Made by a program: the position numbers and the translations under genes. From contig CABZAL010000006.1 in NCBI GenBank assembly GCA_902523675.1, positions 5,323 through 69,322 on the forward strand: DNA of 64,000 nt, written 5' to 3'. The notes under the pieces were generated by a model. The model made no database searches, was not told the origin of the DNA, and saw only the letters and a list, made by a program, of their open reading frames with translations. Of this stretch, positions 21,910 through 33,070 are shown piece after piece. The stretch is from an uncultured Alphaproteobacteria bacterium (GTDB taxonomy: Bacteria; Pseudomonadota; Alphaproteobacteria; Methylaequorales; Methylaequoraceae). Each line of letters starts with the position of its first letter. The stretch's first letter is position 1.

Positions 21910-23613
21910 ATGACAGTTGCAAACGAAAATAATTTTAGTGATTTACTTGAACAAAGTTTGACAGGCTTTAATAAAAAAGAAGGTCAGATCGTTAAAGGAA
22001 CAGTTTTATTTGTTAAAAATGACAGTGTTGTCATTGATGTTGGGTTAAAATCTGAAGGAAGAATACCTATCAGAGAATTTTTCTCCCCAGGTGAGGAACC
22101 GAACATCAAACCTGGTGATAAGTTCGACGTTTTATTAGAAAAGCTTGAAAATAAAGAGGGTGAGGCGATGCTAAGCCGTGAAAAAGCTAGAAAAGAAGAG
22201 TCTTGGATTAACCTTGAGAAATGCCTTCAATCTAAGGAACAAGTTACCGGAGTAATAACTGGAAGAGTAAAAGGTGGTTTCACAGTAGATATCAATGGTG
22301 CCGTTGCTTTTTTACCAGGTAGTCAAGTGGATTTAAGACCTATAAATGACATCTCGCCACTGATAAATAAGCCTCAACCAATGTTAATTCTAAAAATGGA
22401 TAAATTTAGAGGAAATATTGTCGTATCGAGAAGAGCTATACTTGAGGAATCAAGAGAAGCAGACAGATCGAAACTTCTTTCTGACATAGATGAGGGTTCA
22501 AAACTCAAAGGTATAGTTAAAAATATTACAGATTACGGGGTTTTTGTTGACTTAGGTGGTATGGATGGTTTGCTTCATGTTACTGATCTTTCATGGGAGA
22601 GAGTAAACCATCCATCAGAAGTACTAAAGGTAGGTGACGAAATTAATGTGCTGGTAATAAAATACGATAAAGAAACAAAAAGAATTAGCTTAGGGATTAA
22701 ACAGTTAACAGAAGATCCTTGGAGTGATATTAAAAAGGATTATAAAGTAGGGGAAAAAATAAGAGCCAAAATATCAAATATAACAGATTATGGAGCTTTT
22801 GTGGAGTTAAAAAAAGGCGTTGAAGGTCTTATCCATGTTTCAGAAATGAGTTGGACTAATAAAAATGCAAACCCGAATACCATTATTTCTGTCAACGACG
22901 AAGTTGATGTGAAAATTCTTGAGGTTGACATTGAAAAAAGACGCATAAGTCTCGGTTTGAAACAATGTCAAGAAAATCCGTGGGAATCATTTTCTAAAGA
23001 AAATAAAGTTGGGGATGTCATCGAAGGAAAAATAAAAAATATAACTGAATTTGGAATATTCATTCAACTTCCAAAAGAATTAAATGGGATGATACATTTA
23101 TCTGACATTAGCTGGGACAAATCTGGAGAAGATGCTATTAAGGATTTCAAACAAGAAGATATTGTTAAATCGAAAATTTTAGATATCGACATCGAAAAAG
23201 AAAGAATATCATTAGGTATCAAGCAACTTATAAAGTCAAAAAACAATACATCTGAATTAATTGGTAAAATTTTCACTACGGTTATAAAAAGAATCGAAGA
23301 AAATGAAATAGAAGTACTAATAAATGATAAAGATAAAGGAATAATTAAAAAATCAAATTTAGCAAAGATTAGATCTGAGCAAAAAACTTCAAGATTTGCT
23401 GTTGATGAAAAAATCGATGCTAAGGTTATTGGATTCAATAAAAAAACTAAAGTTTATGACCTATCAATCAAAGAAGTCGAAATTGCAGAAGAAAAGGAAG
23501 CACTCAAGCAGTATGGATCATCATCGTCTGGAGCTAGTTTAGGTGACATACTTGGTGCAGCACTCGAAAGTAAAAAAGACGATATAAAGAAAAAGCCTGA
23601 AAAGGATAAATAA
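21910..23613 (+). CDS. rpsA: 30S ribosomal protein S1
   Basis: Repeated S1 domains (KNITDYGVFVDLGG, RISLGIKQL), GASLGDILGAAL. Confidence 0.98.
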   Translation: MTVANENNFSDLLEQSLTGFNKKEGQIVKGTVLFVKNDSVVIDVGLKSEGRIPIREFFSPGEEPNIKPGDKFDVLLEKLENKEGEAMLSREKARKEESWINLEKCLQSKEQVTGVITGRVKGGFTVDINGAVAFLPGSQVDLRPINDISPLINKPQPMLILKMDKFRGNIVVSRRAILEESREADRSKLLSDIDEGSKLKGIVKNITDYGVFVDLGGMDGLLHVTDLSWERVNHPSEVLKVGDEINVLVIKYDKETKRISLGIKQLTEDPWSDIKKDYKVGEKIRAKISNITDYGAFVELKKGVEGLIHVSEMSWTNKNANPNTIISVNDEVDVKILEVDIEKRRISLGLKQCQENPWESFSKENKVGDVIEGKIKNITEFGIFIQLPKELNGMIHLSDISWDKSGEDAIKDFKQEDIVKSKILDIDIEKERISLGIKQLIKSKNNTSELIGKIFTTVIKRIEENEIEVLINDKDKGIIKKSNLAKIRSEQKTSRFAVDEKIDAKVIGFNKKTKVYDLSIKEVEIAEEKEALKQYGSSSSGASLGDILGAALESKKDDIKKKPEKDK

Positions 23614-23614
23614 T

Positions 23615-24508
23615 TTGAAAAATATTCATTTTGATGATTTTTTAAAGCAAAGAAGAAAAAAATTAATCAGAGGTTTATTATTTTTTGTAACCTTTATATT
23701 AATATTATTTTTCTTAAATCTTTTTTTAAAAAAAGAATCTCCATTTATAGCAAAGCTATCAATAGATTCAATTATAATGAATAATCCTGAATTTATCAGA
23801 AAACTTGATTCATTAAAAAATAATAAAAATTTAAAAGCAGTGTTAGTTGACGTTAACAGTCCAGGAGGTACAGTTGTAGGTAGTAGAGAGATTTATAACA
23901 ACTTAAAAAAAATAAGTGAAAATATCCCTGTTGCTATTTCCATGAAAGAAGTAGCAGCTTCAGGAGGTTATATGGTAGCGCTGGCAGGAAATAAAATATT
24001 TTGTTACGAAGGTACAATAACTGGCTCAGTTGGTGTGATAATGCAATCTGTAAATATAGAAAAACTTCTTCAATCTTTAGGAATTGAGCCCGTTATTTTT
24101 AAAAGTGGTGAACTTAAGGCAAAACCAAATCCAGTTGAGGGTCTAAATTCTAATGAAAAAGATATAATACAAAACGTAATAAAAAGTATTCATGAAAGTT
24201 TCCTTACAATGGTTAAGAACAACAGAAAAATTTCTGAAGATAACCTAAAAATTATCTCTGATGGAAGAATTTTTACAGGAATTGAAGCCAAAAAGATTAA
24301 TCTAGTAGATGAAATTGGAAGTGAAAAAGATGCACTTGATTGGTTGAAAACAGAAACTAGTGTAGAGAAAGATATAGACGTAATCAAAATTGAGAGTGAA
24401 ACAAATTTTTCGAATATTTTAGATATTTTGTCATTAAAAAGTATACTTAAAAAGAAGATTGCGACAAGTAATGGATTGTTTGCTATATGGGCGCCATATT
24501 ATGAATAA
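23615..24508 (+). CDS. sppA: Signal peptide peptidase SppA (36K type)
   Basis: NSPGG, AASGGY, TGSVGV, DGRIFTG. Confidence 0.93.
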   Translation: MKNIHFDDFLKQRRKKLIRGLLFFVTFILILFFLNLFLKKESPFIAKLSIDSIIMNNPEFIRKLDSLKNNKNLKAVLVDVNSPGGTVVGSREIYNNLKKISENIPVAISMKEVAASGGYMVALAGNKIFCYEGTITGSVGVIMQSVNIEKLLQSLGIEPVIFKSGELKAKPNPVEGLNSNEKDIIQNVIKSIHESFLTMVKNNRKISEDNLKIISDGRIFTGIEAKKINLVDEIGSEKDALDWLKTETSVEKDIDVIKIESETNFSNILDILSLKSILKKKIATSNGLFAIWAPYYE

Positions 24509-24782
24509 GTCTGAATTAATAAACTTTTTATCTGAGAAATTCAAACATTTACCAAGTAGAGAGATTGAAAAAATGTTCGAAAAAATAATTTCAAGCTTCT
24601 CTGATTCTCTCGCTAATGGTGAAAGAATTGAAATAAGGAATTTCGGCTCCTTTTCTATAAAAAATAGAGAAAAACGAGAAGCTAGAAACCCAAAAAGTGG
24701 TGCGAAAATCTTTGTAGAATCAAAAAAATCGATTCATTTTCGGTCAAGTAAAGTAATGAAAAAGATTCTAAATGAAAAATAG
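24501..24782 (+). CDS. ihfB: Integration host factor beta
   Basis: MNKSELI..GERIEIRNFGSF..ARNPKSG; ATG at 24501; rpsA-sppA-ihfB synteny. Confidence 0.93.
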   Translation: MNKSELINFLSEKFKHLPSREIEKMFEKIISSFSDSLANGERIEIRNFGSFSIKNREKREARNPKSGAKIFVESKKSIHFRSSKVMKKILNEK

Positions 24783-25007
24783 TATTAGAAAACTTTTCAA
24801 TTTTTTTTTTTGTTAATAATACTTATTTTTTTAATCCCGTTTTCAATTGCAAATAAAAAAGCAGTCCTTATAAAGCTATTTCCTTTTTCTTACGAAATTG
24901 TTATACCCTTGTATTTGTTAATAATAGGAATTTTTTTTATTGCTTTTATTTTTGGGTATGTTTTTTCTAAAATTACGAATTTTAAGTTAAAAAAAGATGG
25001 AAAGTAA
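24772..25007 (+). CDS. lapA: LapA (DUF1049) membrane protein; apparent frameshift in the T11 run at 24801-24811
   Basis: FSIANK..V.I.LFPF...PLYL motif between ihfB and pyrF; the ATG at 24772 is out of frame with the 24810 ORF. Confidence 0.7.
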
Positions 25008-25692
25008 AAAATATATTTACTGTGCACTCGATTTCAAAAAGATAGAGGAATGCGAAAAAATTTTAGTGAAGATAAAAAATTATATTGGAGGTATAAAATT
25101 AGGTCTTGAATTTTTTATTGCTAATGGACTTCTCGGTGTTCAAGCTTTGAAGAAATATGATCTTCCAATTTTTTTAGATCTTAAGCTTAATGATATTCCA
25201 AATACTGTAGAAAAAGCAATTGAATCTGCATTAATCGCTAATCCAGATATGATAACAGTTCATATGAACTGTAACTACCTTGTTTCTAACTCTATTAGAA
25301 AAAAAATAAAAAATATAAAATTAATAGGTGTAACTTTACTAACTAGTTTAAACGATAATGACTTAAAAAAACTTGGTATTCACGAAAATAGTGAACAATA
25401 CGTAAACAGACTCGTGAAAATTGCTATTAAAAATAAGTTTGACGGAGTTGTTTGTTCTCCTAACGAATTAGACATATTAAAAAATATTTTACCAAAGAAT
25501 TTCATTATGATTACTCCCGGAATCAGGCTCAGTAATAAAATCAGAGATGACCAAAAGAGAATAATGAGTCCAGGAGAAGCAGTCAAGAATGGAGCAAATA
25601 TAATTGTTGTAGGTAGACCTATAACAAAATCTAAAAACCCTGTTAAAATTGTAAAAGATATAATAAAAGATATAGAAGTTTATAAAAATTAA
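24997..25692 (+). CDS. pyrF: Orotidine-5'-phosphate decarboxylase
   Basis: FLDLKLNDIPNTV, TPGIR, DDQKR, VGRPIT. Confidence 0.96.
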   Translation: MESKKYIYCALDFKKIEECEKILVKIKNYIGGIKLGLEFFIANGLLGVQALKKYDLPIFLDLKLNDIPNTVEKAIESALIANPDMITVHMNCNYLVSNSIRKKIKNIKLIGVTLLTSLNDNDLKKLGIHENSEQYVNRLVKIAIKNKFDGVVCSPNELDILKNILPKNFIMITPGIRLSNKIRDDQKRIMSPGEAVKNGANIIVVGRPITKSKNPVKIVKDIIKDIEVYKN

Positions 25693-25693
25693 A

Positions 25694-26338
25694 ATGTCAT
25701 TAAAAATAAAAATTTGTGGTATAAATTCAAAAGAGAGTTTTTTGGCTTCAGAAAAAGCTGATTACATTGGTTTTGTTTTTTTTCCTAAATCCCCAAGATT
25801 TATTAATGCAGAGACTGCAAAAGAATTATCTAATTTACGTTCTAAGAACCAGTCAATTGTAGGATTATTTGTTAATACAGATGAAAAAGTTATTGAATAT
25901 ATTACTGAATATGTGGATTTAGATTACATTCAACTGCATGGACAAGAAAATATTAATCAAATAAAGAATATAAAAGGCAGAACAAAAAAACCAGTTATAA
26001 AATCCTTGCCTGTATCTTCTAAGGAAGATGTTGAAAATCACAAAGATTATTTAAAGATTTGTGATATGTTGCTTTTTGATACGATGCCGTGTGAAAATGA
26101 TTTGCCTGGTGGAAATGGAAAAAACTTTGACTGGAGGATACTAAAAGATTTTAAATCAAAAAATGATTGGATGCTTGCAGGAGGTATAAATATTGAAAAT
26201 GTTAAACAAGCCGTTGAAATAACAAAGGCGCCAATTATAGATTTGTCTTCAGCCTTAGAAATTAAACAAGGACAGAAATGTCCAAAAAAGATTAAAAAAT
26301 TTCTTAATTATGCTAAATCTAATAGGATGTTAACATGA
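25694..26338 (+). CDS. trpF: Phosphoribosylanthranilate isomerase
   Basis: [34 protein letters not shown]. Confidence 0.95.
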   Translation: MSLKIKICGINSKESFLASEKADYIGFVFFPKSPRFINAETAKELSNLRSKNQSIVGLFVNTDEKVIEYITEYVDLDYIQLHGQENINQIKNIKGRTKKPVIKSLPVSSKEDVENHKDYLKICDMLLFDTMPCENDLPGGNGKNFDWRILKDFKSKNDWMLAGGINIENVKQAVEITKAPIIDLSSALEIKQGQKCPKKIKKFLNYAKSNRMLT

Positions 26339-27555
26339 AAAAAAAAATAAATTATAATCAATATCCAGACGAATCTGGTCATTTTGGAAAGTTTGGAGGA
26401 CGGTTTGTTGCAGAAACATTGATGCCATTAATTCTTCAAGTTGAACAGGAATACAAAAAAGCAAGAAAAGATCCAAAATTTAAAAAAGAATTAAATTACT
26501 ATTTAAAGCATTATGTTGGCAGACCTAGTCCTCTTTATTTTGCTGAAAGGATTACAAAAAAAATCGGTGGCCCAAAAATATATTTTAAAAGAGATGAATT
26601 AAATCATACGGGTGCTCACAAAATTAATAACTGTGTTGGTCAAATATTACTTGCGAGAAAGATGGGAAAAAAAAGAATTGTTGCAGAGACGGGAGCTGGT
26701 CAGCATGGTCTTGCAACGGCAACTGTTTGTGCTCTTTTTGATCTAGAATGTTTAGTCTATATGGGTGAAGAAGATATAAAGCGTCAGGCTCCAAATGTTT
26801 TTAAAATGAAGCTGTTAGGGGCAAAGATTATACCAGTTAATTCTGGTACATCAACTTTAAAAGATGCCATGAATGAAGCACTGAGAGATTGGGTATCCAA
26901 CGTTACAGATACTTTTTATGTTATAGGAACTGTGGCGGGTCCTCATCCCTATCCATTGATGGTAAGAGATTTTCAATCAGTTATTGGCAAAGAAGCAAAG
27001 AAACAAATTTTAAAGGCTGAAAAAAGACTTCCAACTCATTTAATTGCTTGTATTGGGGGGGGGTCTAATGCATTAGGTCTTTTCTATCCATTTCTAAAAG
27101 AAGAAAAAATAAAAATTATAGGTGTTGAAGCTGGTGGATATGGTATTTCCTCGAACAAACACGCCGCTTCTATCTTAAAAGGCAAGCCAGGTATTCTTCA
27201 TGGAAATTATACTTATCTTCTTCAAGACAAGAACGGTCAGATATTAGATGCACATTCGATATCCGCTGGACTTGATTACCCCGGAATTGGTCCAGAACAT
27301 TCTTGGTTAAATGAGGTAGGTAGAGTTGAATATGTTAGTTCAACAGATACTGAAGCTTTGGATGCTTTTCAACTGTGCTCTAAATTAGAAGGTATTATTC
27401 CTGCTTTAGAACCATCTCATGCATTGGCTTATATATTTAAGTCATATAAAAAATTTAAAAAGAATGATCTTATAATTATGAATATGTGTGGTAGAGGTGA
27501 TAAAGATATTTTTTCTGTATCAAAAAAATTGAACTTTGACCTTAAAAGCTTTTAA
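26335..27555 (+). CDS. trpB: Tryptophan synthase beta chain
   Basis: [32 protein letters not shown]. Confidence 0.98.
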   Translation: MKKKINYNQYPDESGHFGKFGGRFVAETLMPLILQVEQEYKKARKDPKFKKELNYYLKHYVGRPSPLYFAERITKKIGGPKIYFKRDELNHTGAHKINNCVGQILLARKMGKKRIVAETGAGQHGLATATVCALFDLECLVYMGEEDIKRQAPNVFKMKLLGAKIIPVNSGTSTLKDAMNEALRDWVSNVTDTFYVIGTVAGPHPYPLMVRDFQSVIGKEAKKQILKAEKRLPTHLIACIGGGSNALGLFYPFLKEEKIKIIGVEAGGYGISSNKHAASILKGKPGILHGNYTYLLQDKNGQILDAHSISAGLDYPGIGPEHSWLNEVGRVEYVSSTDTEALDAFQLCSKLEGIIPALEPSHALAYIFKSYKKFKKNDLIIMNMCGRGDKDIFSVSKKLNFDLKSF

Positions 27556-28373
27556 TGGATAGAATTACAAAAAAATTTAAAGAGTTAAGAGGCCAAAAAA
27601 AAAAAGCATTGATAGGATTTGTTTCTGCCTTTGATCCCGACTATAAAATTTCGAGAAAAATAATTAATAACATGCCTTCTTACGGAGTAGATATTATTGA
27701 GGTAGGTTTGCCATTTTCAGATCCGATGGCTGATGGGCCTACGATTCAAAGATCTAGTTTAAGAGGAATAAAAGCAGGTTTTAATTTGAACAAAACATTT
27801 GATTTAATAAAAGATTTCCGAATAACTAACCATCATACACCTATAATTTTTATGGGTTATTTTAATACCTTATTTCAATATGGAATAAAAAAATTTTTTT
27901 CAAAAGCAAACAAAAGCGGTGTTGATGGTGTTATTTTAGTTGATTTACCTCCAGAAGAAGATGGTATAATCTTAGATTACTTAAGAAAAGAAAAAATTAG
28001 TATTATAAGACTTTTAACCCCAACAACAGATAAAAAAAGATTTAAAACAATTATTAATGCAGCAAGTGGTTTTCTATATTACGTTTCAATAATGGGAATT
28101 ACAGGCACTAAAAAACCATCAATAGAGCATTTGAAGAAAAAAGTGAGAGATATTAAAAAAAAAACATTATTACCGTTGGTTGTTGGCTTTGGGATAAACG
28201 AAAGAAAGCAAGTTGAGGCAATTTGTAAATTTGCAGATGGCATCGTTGTAGGATCTTCAATAGTAAAAATCATTGAGGGATTCTCTAAAAAAAAATATAA
28301 TGAAGCAATTATGATAGATAAAATAAATAAATTTATAAAATCCCTGAGTGATGGTTGCTATTTAAAAAGTTAA
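27555..28373 (+). CDS. trpA: Tryptophan synthase alpha chain
   Basis: EVGLPFSDPMADGPTIQ, VDLPPEE, VGFGI, VVGS. Confidence 0.97.
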   Translation: MDRITKKFKELRGQKKKALIGFVSAFDPDYKISRKIINNMPSYGVDIIEVGLPFSDPMADGPTIQRSSLRGIKAGFNLNKTFDLIKDFRITNHHTPIIFMGYFNTLFQYGIKKFFSKANKSGVDGVILVDLPPEEDGIILDYLRKEKISIIRLLTPTTDKKRFKTIINAASGFLYYVSIMGITGTKKPSIEHLKKKVRDIKKKTLLPLVVGFGINERKQVEAICKFADGIVVGSSIVKIIEGFSKKKYNEAIMIDKINKFIKSLSDGCYLKS

Positions 28374-28379
28374 TGTGAT

Positions 28380-29231
28380 ATGAACTGGATAACTAATTTT
28401 GTAAGACCAAAATTACAAGCAATTGTAGGGAAAAAAGAGGTCCCAGATAACTTATGGGAAACATGTAACGTATGTGGTCAAATGTTGTTAAAAAGAGAAT
28501 TAGAAAAAAATCTTTTTGTTTGCAAAAGTTGCGATTACCACTTCAGAATTTCAGCCAAACAAAGACTTGATTTTATTTTAAATCCTGATTATTCATTGAT
28601 TGATACTCCTGAAATTAAAATTGATCCATTAAAATTTAAAGATAAAAAAAAGTATTCAGAAAGAATAAAAGACTCTCAGAAAAAATGTAATCAACATGAT
28701 ACAATTCTTCTTGCTTCTGGATTTATTAACCAAAACAATGTAATTGTGGCCGTGTTTGACTTTAGCTTTATGGGTGGTTCAATGGGTATGGCAGCGGGTG
28801 CGGCGATTGTGAAAGCGGCTGACAGTGCATTGGAAAAAAATTGTCCTTTAATTATAATTTCTGCTTCCGGTGGAGCCAGAATGCAAGAAGGAATTCTCGC
28901 TTTAATGCAAATGCCAAGAACAATAATAGCAATAAAAAGTCTGGAAAAAAAAAGATTACCGTACGTATCTATTCTAACTGATCCAACTACAGGAGGAGTT
29001 TCTGCCTCATTTGCTATGTTAGGAGATATAATTATTGCTGAAAAAGGAGCGATAATAGGTTTTGCTGGGAGTAGGGTAATTGAGGAAACAATTAAAGAAA
29101 AGCTACCCCAAAATTTTCAAAAATCTGATTATTTAAAAGAGAAAGGAATGATAGATATTGTTGTTCATAGAAAAAATCTTAAAATTTCTCTTGCAAAAAT
29201 TATAAAACATCTATCTTCTAATCTAGAATAA
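28380..29231 (+). CDS. accD: Acetyl-CoA carboxylase carboxyltransferase beta
   Basis: Zn finger CxxC..CxxC, FMGGSMG, SGGARMQEG, PTTGGV. Confidence 0.97.
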   Translation: MNWITNFVRPKLQAIVGKKEVPDNLWETCNVCGQMLLKRELEKNLFVCKSCDYHFRISAKQRLDFILNPDYSLIDTPEIKIDPLKFKDKKKYSERIKDSQKKCNQHDTILLASGFINQNNVIVAVFDFSFMGGSMGMAAGAAIVKAADSALEKNCPLIIISASGGARMQEGILALMQMPRTIIAIKSLEKKRLPYVSILTDPTTGGVSASFAMLGDIIIAEKGAIIGFAGSRVIEETIKEKLPQNFQKSDYLKEKGMIDIVVHRKNLKISLAKIIKHLSSNLE

Positions 29232-29234
29232 ACT

Positions 29235-30527
29235 GTGAGCAAATCTGAAAAGATATTAAAAAGACTAGAATCTTTACACCCAAAACAAATAGATTTATCT
29301 TTGAACAGAATTAAAGTCTTATTAAAAAGACTTGGTAATCCAGAAAAAAAACTTCCGCCAACCATTCATGTTGCTGGTACGAACGGAAAAGGTTCAACAC
29401 TAGCATTTTTAAGATCAATTTTTGAAGAAAACAATTACAAAGTACATGTTTATACTTCGCCACACTTAATAAATTTTAATGAAAGAATAAGATTGAATTC
29501 AAAAATTATCACAAATGATTTTTTAATTGAATTATTAGAGGAGTGCGAATTTTATAATAAAAATGAACCCATAACGTTTTTTGAAATTACAACTGCAGCA
29601 GCATATCTGGCATTCAGCAAAATTCCATCAGATGTTCTTTTGTTAGAAACAGGATTAGGAGGTAAGTATGATGCTACCAATATCATAAGAACCAGTATGT
29701 GTAGTGTGCTAACGCCAATATCAATGGATCACATGAACTTCTTAGGAAATTCTATAAAATCAATTACTAAAGAAAAAGTAGGTATTTTTAAAAAAAATGT
29801 ACCAGCTGTGATTTCTAAACAAAATATTGAATCATTCGAAATCATTAATAAAGAATCCAAAAAAAAAAATGTTAAACTTTATGCTTACAATAAATTTTGG
29901 AAAATATCAAAAATTAATCCTACAAATTTCAATATTAAGGTAGGAAGCGAACATTTTTGTATTCCTATCCCTAAACTTTTTGGTCATCACCAACTGTATA
30001 ATTCAGGTACAGCTTTAACGGTATCCAAGGTGCAAAATATACTTAAATTGAATGATGGCCTTACATTTTCAGGTATTAAAAAAACCTTTTGGCCTGCTAG
30101 AATGCAGAATTTAAAAAGCGGAAAGCTAAAAAAAATAATAGGTAAGAATTTTGAATTATGGTTAGACGGTGGTCACAATAAACATGCCTCAGATATGTTA
30201 AAATTTAACTTAGAGAATTGGAAAAAATCAAAGCTTTTTCTTATTTTTGGTATGCTAGGTAATAAAGAGCCCAAAGAATTCTTAGATGAAATAATAAAAT
30301 ATTTTACAAATTTATACGTACTTCCTATTCATGGTCATGATTATATCAAATCTAATGATTTGAAAAATATCTACATTGATTCTAAACAAAAAATAATAAG
30401 TAAAACAAAGGTTGAATACGCTCTAGAAGATATAAAAAATAAATGCACAAAAGGGAAAATTATAATCTGTGGGTCTTTGTATTTAGCAGGTGAGATTCTA
30501 AAAAAAAATGGAACAAAGATAATTTAG
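29235..30527 (+). CDS. folC: Folylpolyglutamate/dihydrofolate synthase
   Basis: HVAGTNGKGST, YTSPHL, ETGLGG..DATN, LDGGHN, GSLYLAG. Confidence 0.96.
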   Translation: MSKSEKILKRLESLHPKQIDLSLNRIKVLLKRLGNPEKKLPPTIHVAGTNGKGSTLAFLRSIFEENNYKVHVYTSPHLINFNERIRLNSKIITNDFLIELLEECEFYNKNEPITFFEITTAAAYLAFSKIPSDVLLLETGLGGKYDATNIIRTSMCSVLTPISMDHMNFLGNSIKSITKEKVGIFKKNVPAVISKQNIESFEIINKESKKKNVKLYAYNKFWKISKINPTNFNIKVGSEHFCIPIPKLFGHHQLYNSGTALTVSKVQNILKLNDGLTFSGIKKTFWPARMQNLKSGKLKKIIGKNFELWLDGGHNKHASDMLKFNLENWKKSKLFLIFGMLGNKEPKEFLDEIIKYFTNLYVLPIHGHDYIKSNDLKNIYIDSKQKIISKTKVEYALEDIKNKCTKGKIIICGSLYLAGEILKKNGTKII

Positions 30528-30847
30528 GTACTTTGACCTATCCAATTTAATAGATCCGTTTTTGACAAAAGTCCTACTTTTGTATCCTTAAGTTTACCAT
30601 TTTCAAACAATAACAAAGTGGGTATGCTTTTAATTGAAAATTCTGAAGCTAAGTCTTGATTCTCGTCAAGATTAACTTTACAAATAAGAATCTTTTCCTC
30701 CAGATCTTTAGAAATTTCTTCTAGTATTGGGGCAAGCATTTTGCATGGAGCACACCATTCAGCCCAAAAATCAACTAAAACAAGTTTATTCTCATTATGA
30801 ATGATTGTTGAGAAATTACTTTGATTAAGATTTAGTATTTCAGTCAT
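30524..30847 (-). CDS. trxA: Thioredoxin
   Basis: VDFWAEWCAPCK, SIPTL; ATG at 30847. Confidence 0.96.
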   Translation of the reverse strand: MTEILNLNQSNFSTIIHNENKLVLVDFWAEWCAPCKMLAPILEEISKDLEEKILICKVNLDENQDLASEFSIKSIPTLLLFENGKLKDTKVGLLSKTDLLNWIGQST

Positions 30848-30860
30848 AAAATATCCTTTG

Positions 30861-32339
30861 TTAATAAAAAAGTTTTTTTGATAATGATTTATCAAATTTA
30901 ATTACAGATGGATTAGGATCATTATAATATGAATTTAAAAAATTTATATACATATTATATTGTTTCAATTGATTTAAATAAAAGCTACTAGTTTCTTCCT
31001 CTTCAATGAGAAGAGAAAATGAATCTGCTTCTTCCATTGCTGAGGGCAATGTAGTGAATTTTTCTTTTCTCAGGGAATTAAATCTTTCTGATATTTTTTG
31101 ATGAACTCTTTTAAAAACTTTTTCAGGTAAAAACTCTGGATGGTTTCGGTAAATATGTCTAGCCGCGAAAAATTGAAGTCTAGGATCCTTGAATTTTGAA
31201 GCAAACTTCCATTTTTCTTCCCATTTAATTTTGTCAAAATCTTCCATGATAGCTTTGTCTTGAAATGAAATATTTTCTGAGTATATTGTTTCTTCTTCAA
31301 ATTCACAGATATTTTCATAATTCTCTGCCTCGTCAATTAAAATTTTTTGTAGTTCATTAATTAAATTTGAGTTTTTTATTAACTCAGCTCTTTTTTTTAT
31401 CTCAGAAACCTCGATATCTTTATATGGATATTTCTGAATTGAATATTTATAATCTAAAATTGCAGGTTGTTTATTTAATTTAAGTTTCCTAAAACAGTTG
31501 AAATTCTTACCTTCAAATTTTTTATCATAGTATAGATTTTTTAGAGTTCTTGGATCAAAGTCTAGAATAATCCTTGGGTCAAACTTTAGGTCGAATGCAA
31601 TAAGGTAGTTATTATAAATTGGATGATCAAATAAATAGGTCATTAAGTAATAATAATGATTATTAAAGAAATAACCATAATGTGAAAAAATCTCTTCTTG
31701 TTTTATTTTGTTTGTAATTTTAATATTTTTTGTATTTTCAATGAAATTTAAATATAAACTTGGTGAGTTATTCTTAATTATTTCAAGCACACCTTTTGTA
31801 GCTTCAACATCTGATATTGCCTCATGAGCATTTTCAATTTTAATATTATTTATTGAGGCAATGCTTTCTAATTTAAAAAGCATTTTTCCTTCATCATTTT
31901 TTTCAACATTAATTGAATTTGGTTCAAAAGCATGAGACATGGTAACCAAGTTAAACACATCTCCTCTAAAATTATTATTTGTACTTGTTAAGTAAGGATA
32001 CTGGAAAAACTCCCAGAGTGATTGTCTCAAAAACTCTTCATCAAAATGAATAGAATTATAGCCCAAAAATGTAACAGGTTTATATTGAGTAAGATAATTT
32101 CTCAATAGCTTAATCATTTGATATGAGGTATTTTTCTCTTCAAGTAAATCTGAGATTAAAAGTTTATTAACCCGTAAAGCGCCAAGTGATGGAATTGTAT
32201 CTGGGTTAAGTCTTGACTTAAGGTTCAATCTACTAATTTCTTTTAATTCACTATCATAACAAATCATACCTGCTTGTAAAATTTGGTCAAAGCGAGATGA
32301 TCTTCCAGATGTTTCAAAATCATATACTATGAAGTGCAT
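30861..32339 (-). CDS. sbcB: Exodeoxyribonuclease I
   Basis: YDFETSG..FDQILQ, GYNSIHFDEEFLR, FKLE, NAHEAISDV, LNKQP, F.DPRL; DEDDh ExoI motifs. Confidence 0.88.
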   Translation of the reverse strand: MHFIVYDFETSGRSSRFDQILQAGMICYDSELKEISRLNLKSRLNPDTIPSLGALRVNKLLISDLLEEKNTSYQMIKLLRNYLTQYKPVTFLGYNSIHFDEEFLRQSLWEFFQYPYLTSTNNNFRGDVFNLVTMSHAFEPNSINVEKNDEGKMLFKLESIASINNIKIENAHEAISDVEATKGVLEIIKNNSPSLYLNFIENTKNIKITNKIKQEEIFSHYGYFFNNHYYYLMTYLFDHPIYNNYLIAFDLKFDPRIILDFDPRTLKNLYYDKKFEGKNFNCFRKLKLNKQPAILDYKYSIQKYPYKDIEVSEIKKRAELIKNSNLINELQKILIDEAENYENICEFEEETIYSENISFQDKAIMEDFDKIKWEEKWKFASKFKDPRLQFFAARHIYRNHPEFLPEKVFKRVHQKISERFNSLRKEKFTTLPSAMEEADSFSLLIEEEETSSFYLNQLKQYNMYINFLNSYYNDPNPSVIKFDKSLSKKLFY

Positions 32340-33065
32340 TTAGGATTCTAATCCCTTTGCTGTATTAAGATCGTTAACAGTACCTAAATGTAACCATCTT
32401 TCCTCATCTGTCAAACCAAACAATTTATTTTTTTTTATCATTAAATTAAATATATCTAAAAGTGGAAATTCAATACGTTGATTTTTCATAAATGTATCTG
32501 GTTTTAAAAGAGTGATACCAGAATATACATATTTTTTCTTAAGATTTCTATTATGAACTAAACCAGATTGAGAGTTTTTTTCAAAGTCAAAATCTCCGTG
32601 ACCATTATATCCAAAAAGATTTTTTTTTTTTTTTAAAATTATAAGAGCTCCCATTTTATTTTCCCAATTATTTGATAGTCTTTTTAAAACTAAGAAATTT
32701 TTTTTTGTTAGATAAATATCTCCATTTATTAAAAAAAAAGGCTTCTCAAGATCTTCAAAGTAACCTGCATGAATTGCATTTTTTACCCCACCACCTGTGT
32801 TGAGAATTTTTTTTTCGACTATGACTTTAACATTTGAACCAAAGTTATTTTTTATATATTTACTCATAATCTCATGTAAATGATGAGAATTAATAATTAT
32901 TTCATTGACATTTAAGTATAGTAAATTCTCAATTAAATGATGAATTAATGGTTTGCCTTTGAATTCTACAAGTGGTTTGGGACAAAATTTTGTAATTGGA
33001 TACATTCTTTTCCCAAAACCGGCTGCTAAAATAAATGCTTTATTAGTAATAATTTTATTCGTCAT
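32340..33065 (-). CDS. murU: Nucleotidyltransferase (MurNAc-1-P uridylyltransferase-like)
   Basis: ILAAGFGKRM..PKPLV, LNTGGG, NGD, WLHLGT; follows amgK. Confidence 0.85.
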   Translation of the reverse strand: MTNKIITNKAFILAAGFGKRMYPITKFCPKPLVEFKGKPLIHHLIENLLYLNVNEIIINSHHLHEIMSKYIKNNFGSNVKVIVEKKILNTGGGVKNAIHAGYFEDLEKPFFLINGDIYLTKKNFLVLKRLSNNWENKMGALIILKKKKNLFGYNGHGDFDFEKNSQSGLVHNRNLKKKYVYSGITLLKPDTFMKNQRIEFPLLDIFNLMIKKNKLFGLTDEERWLHLGTVNDLNTAKGLES

Positions 33066-33070
33066 AATTA

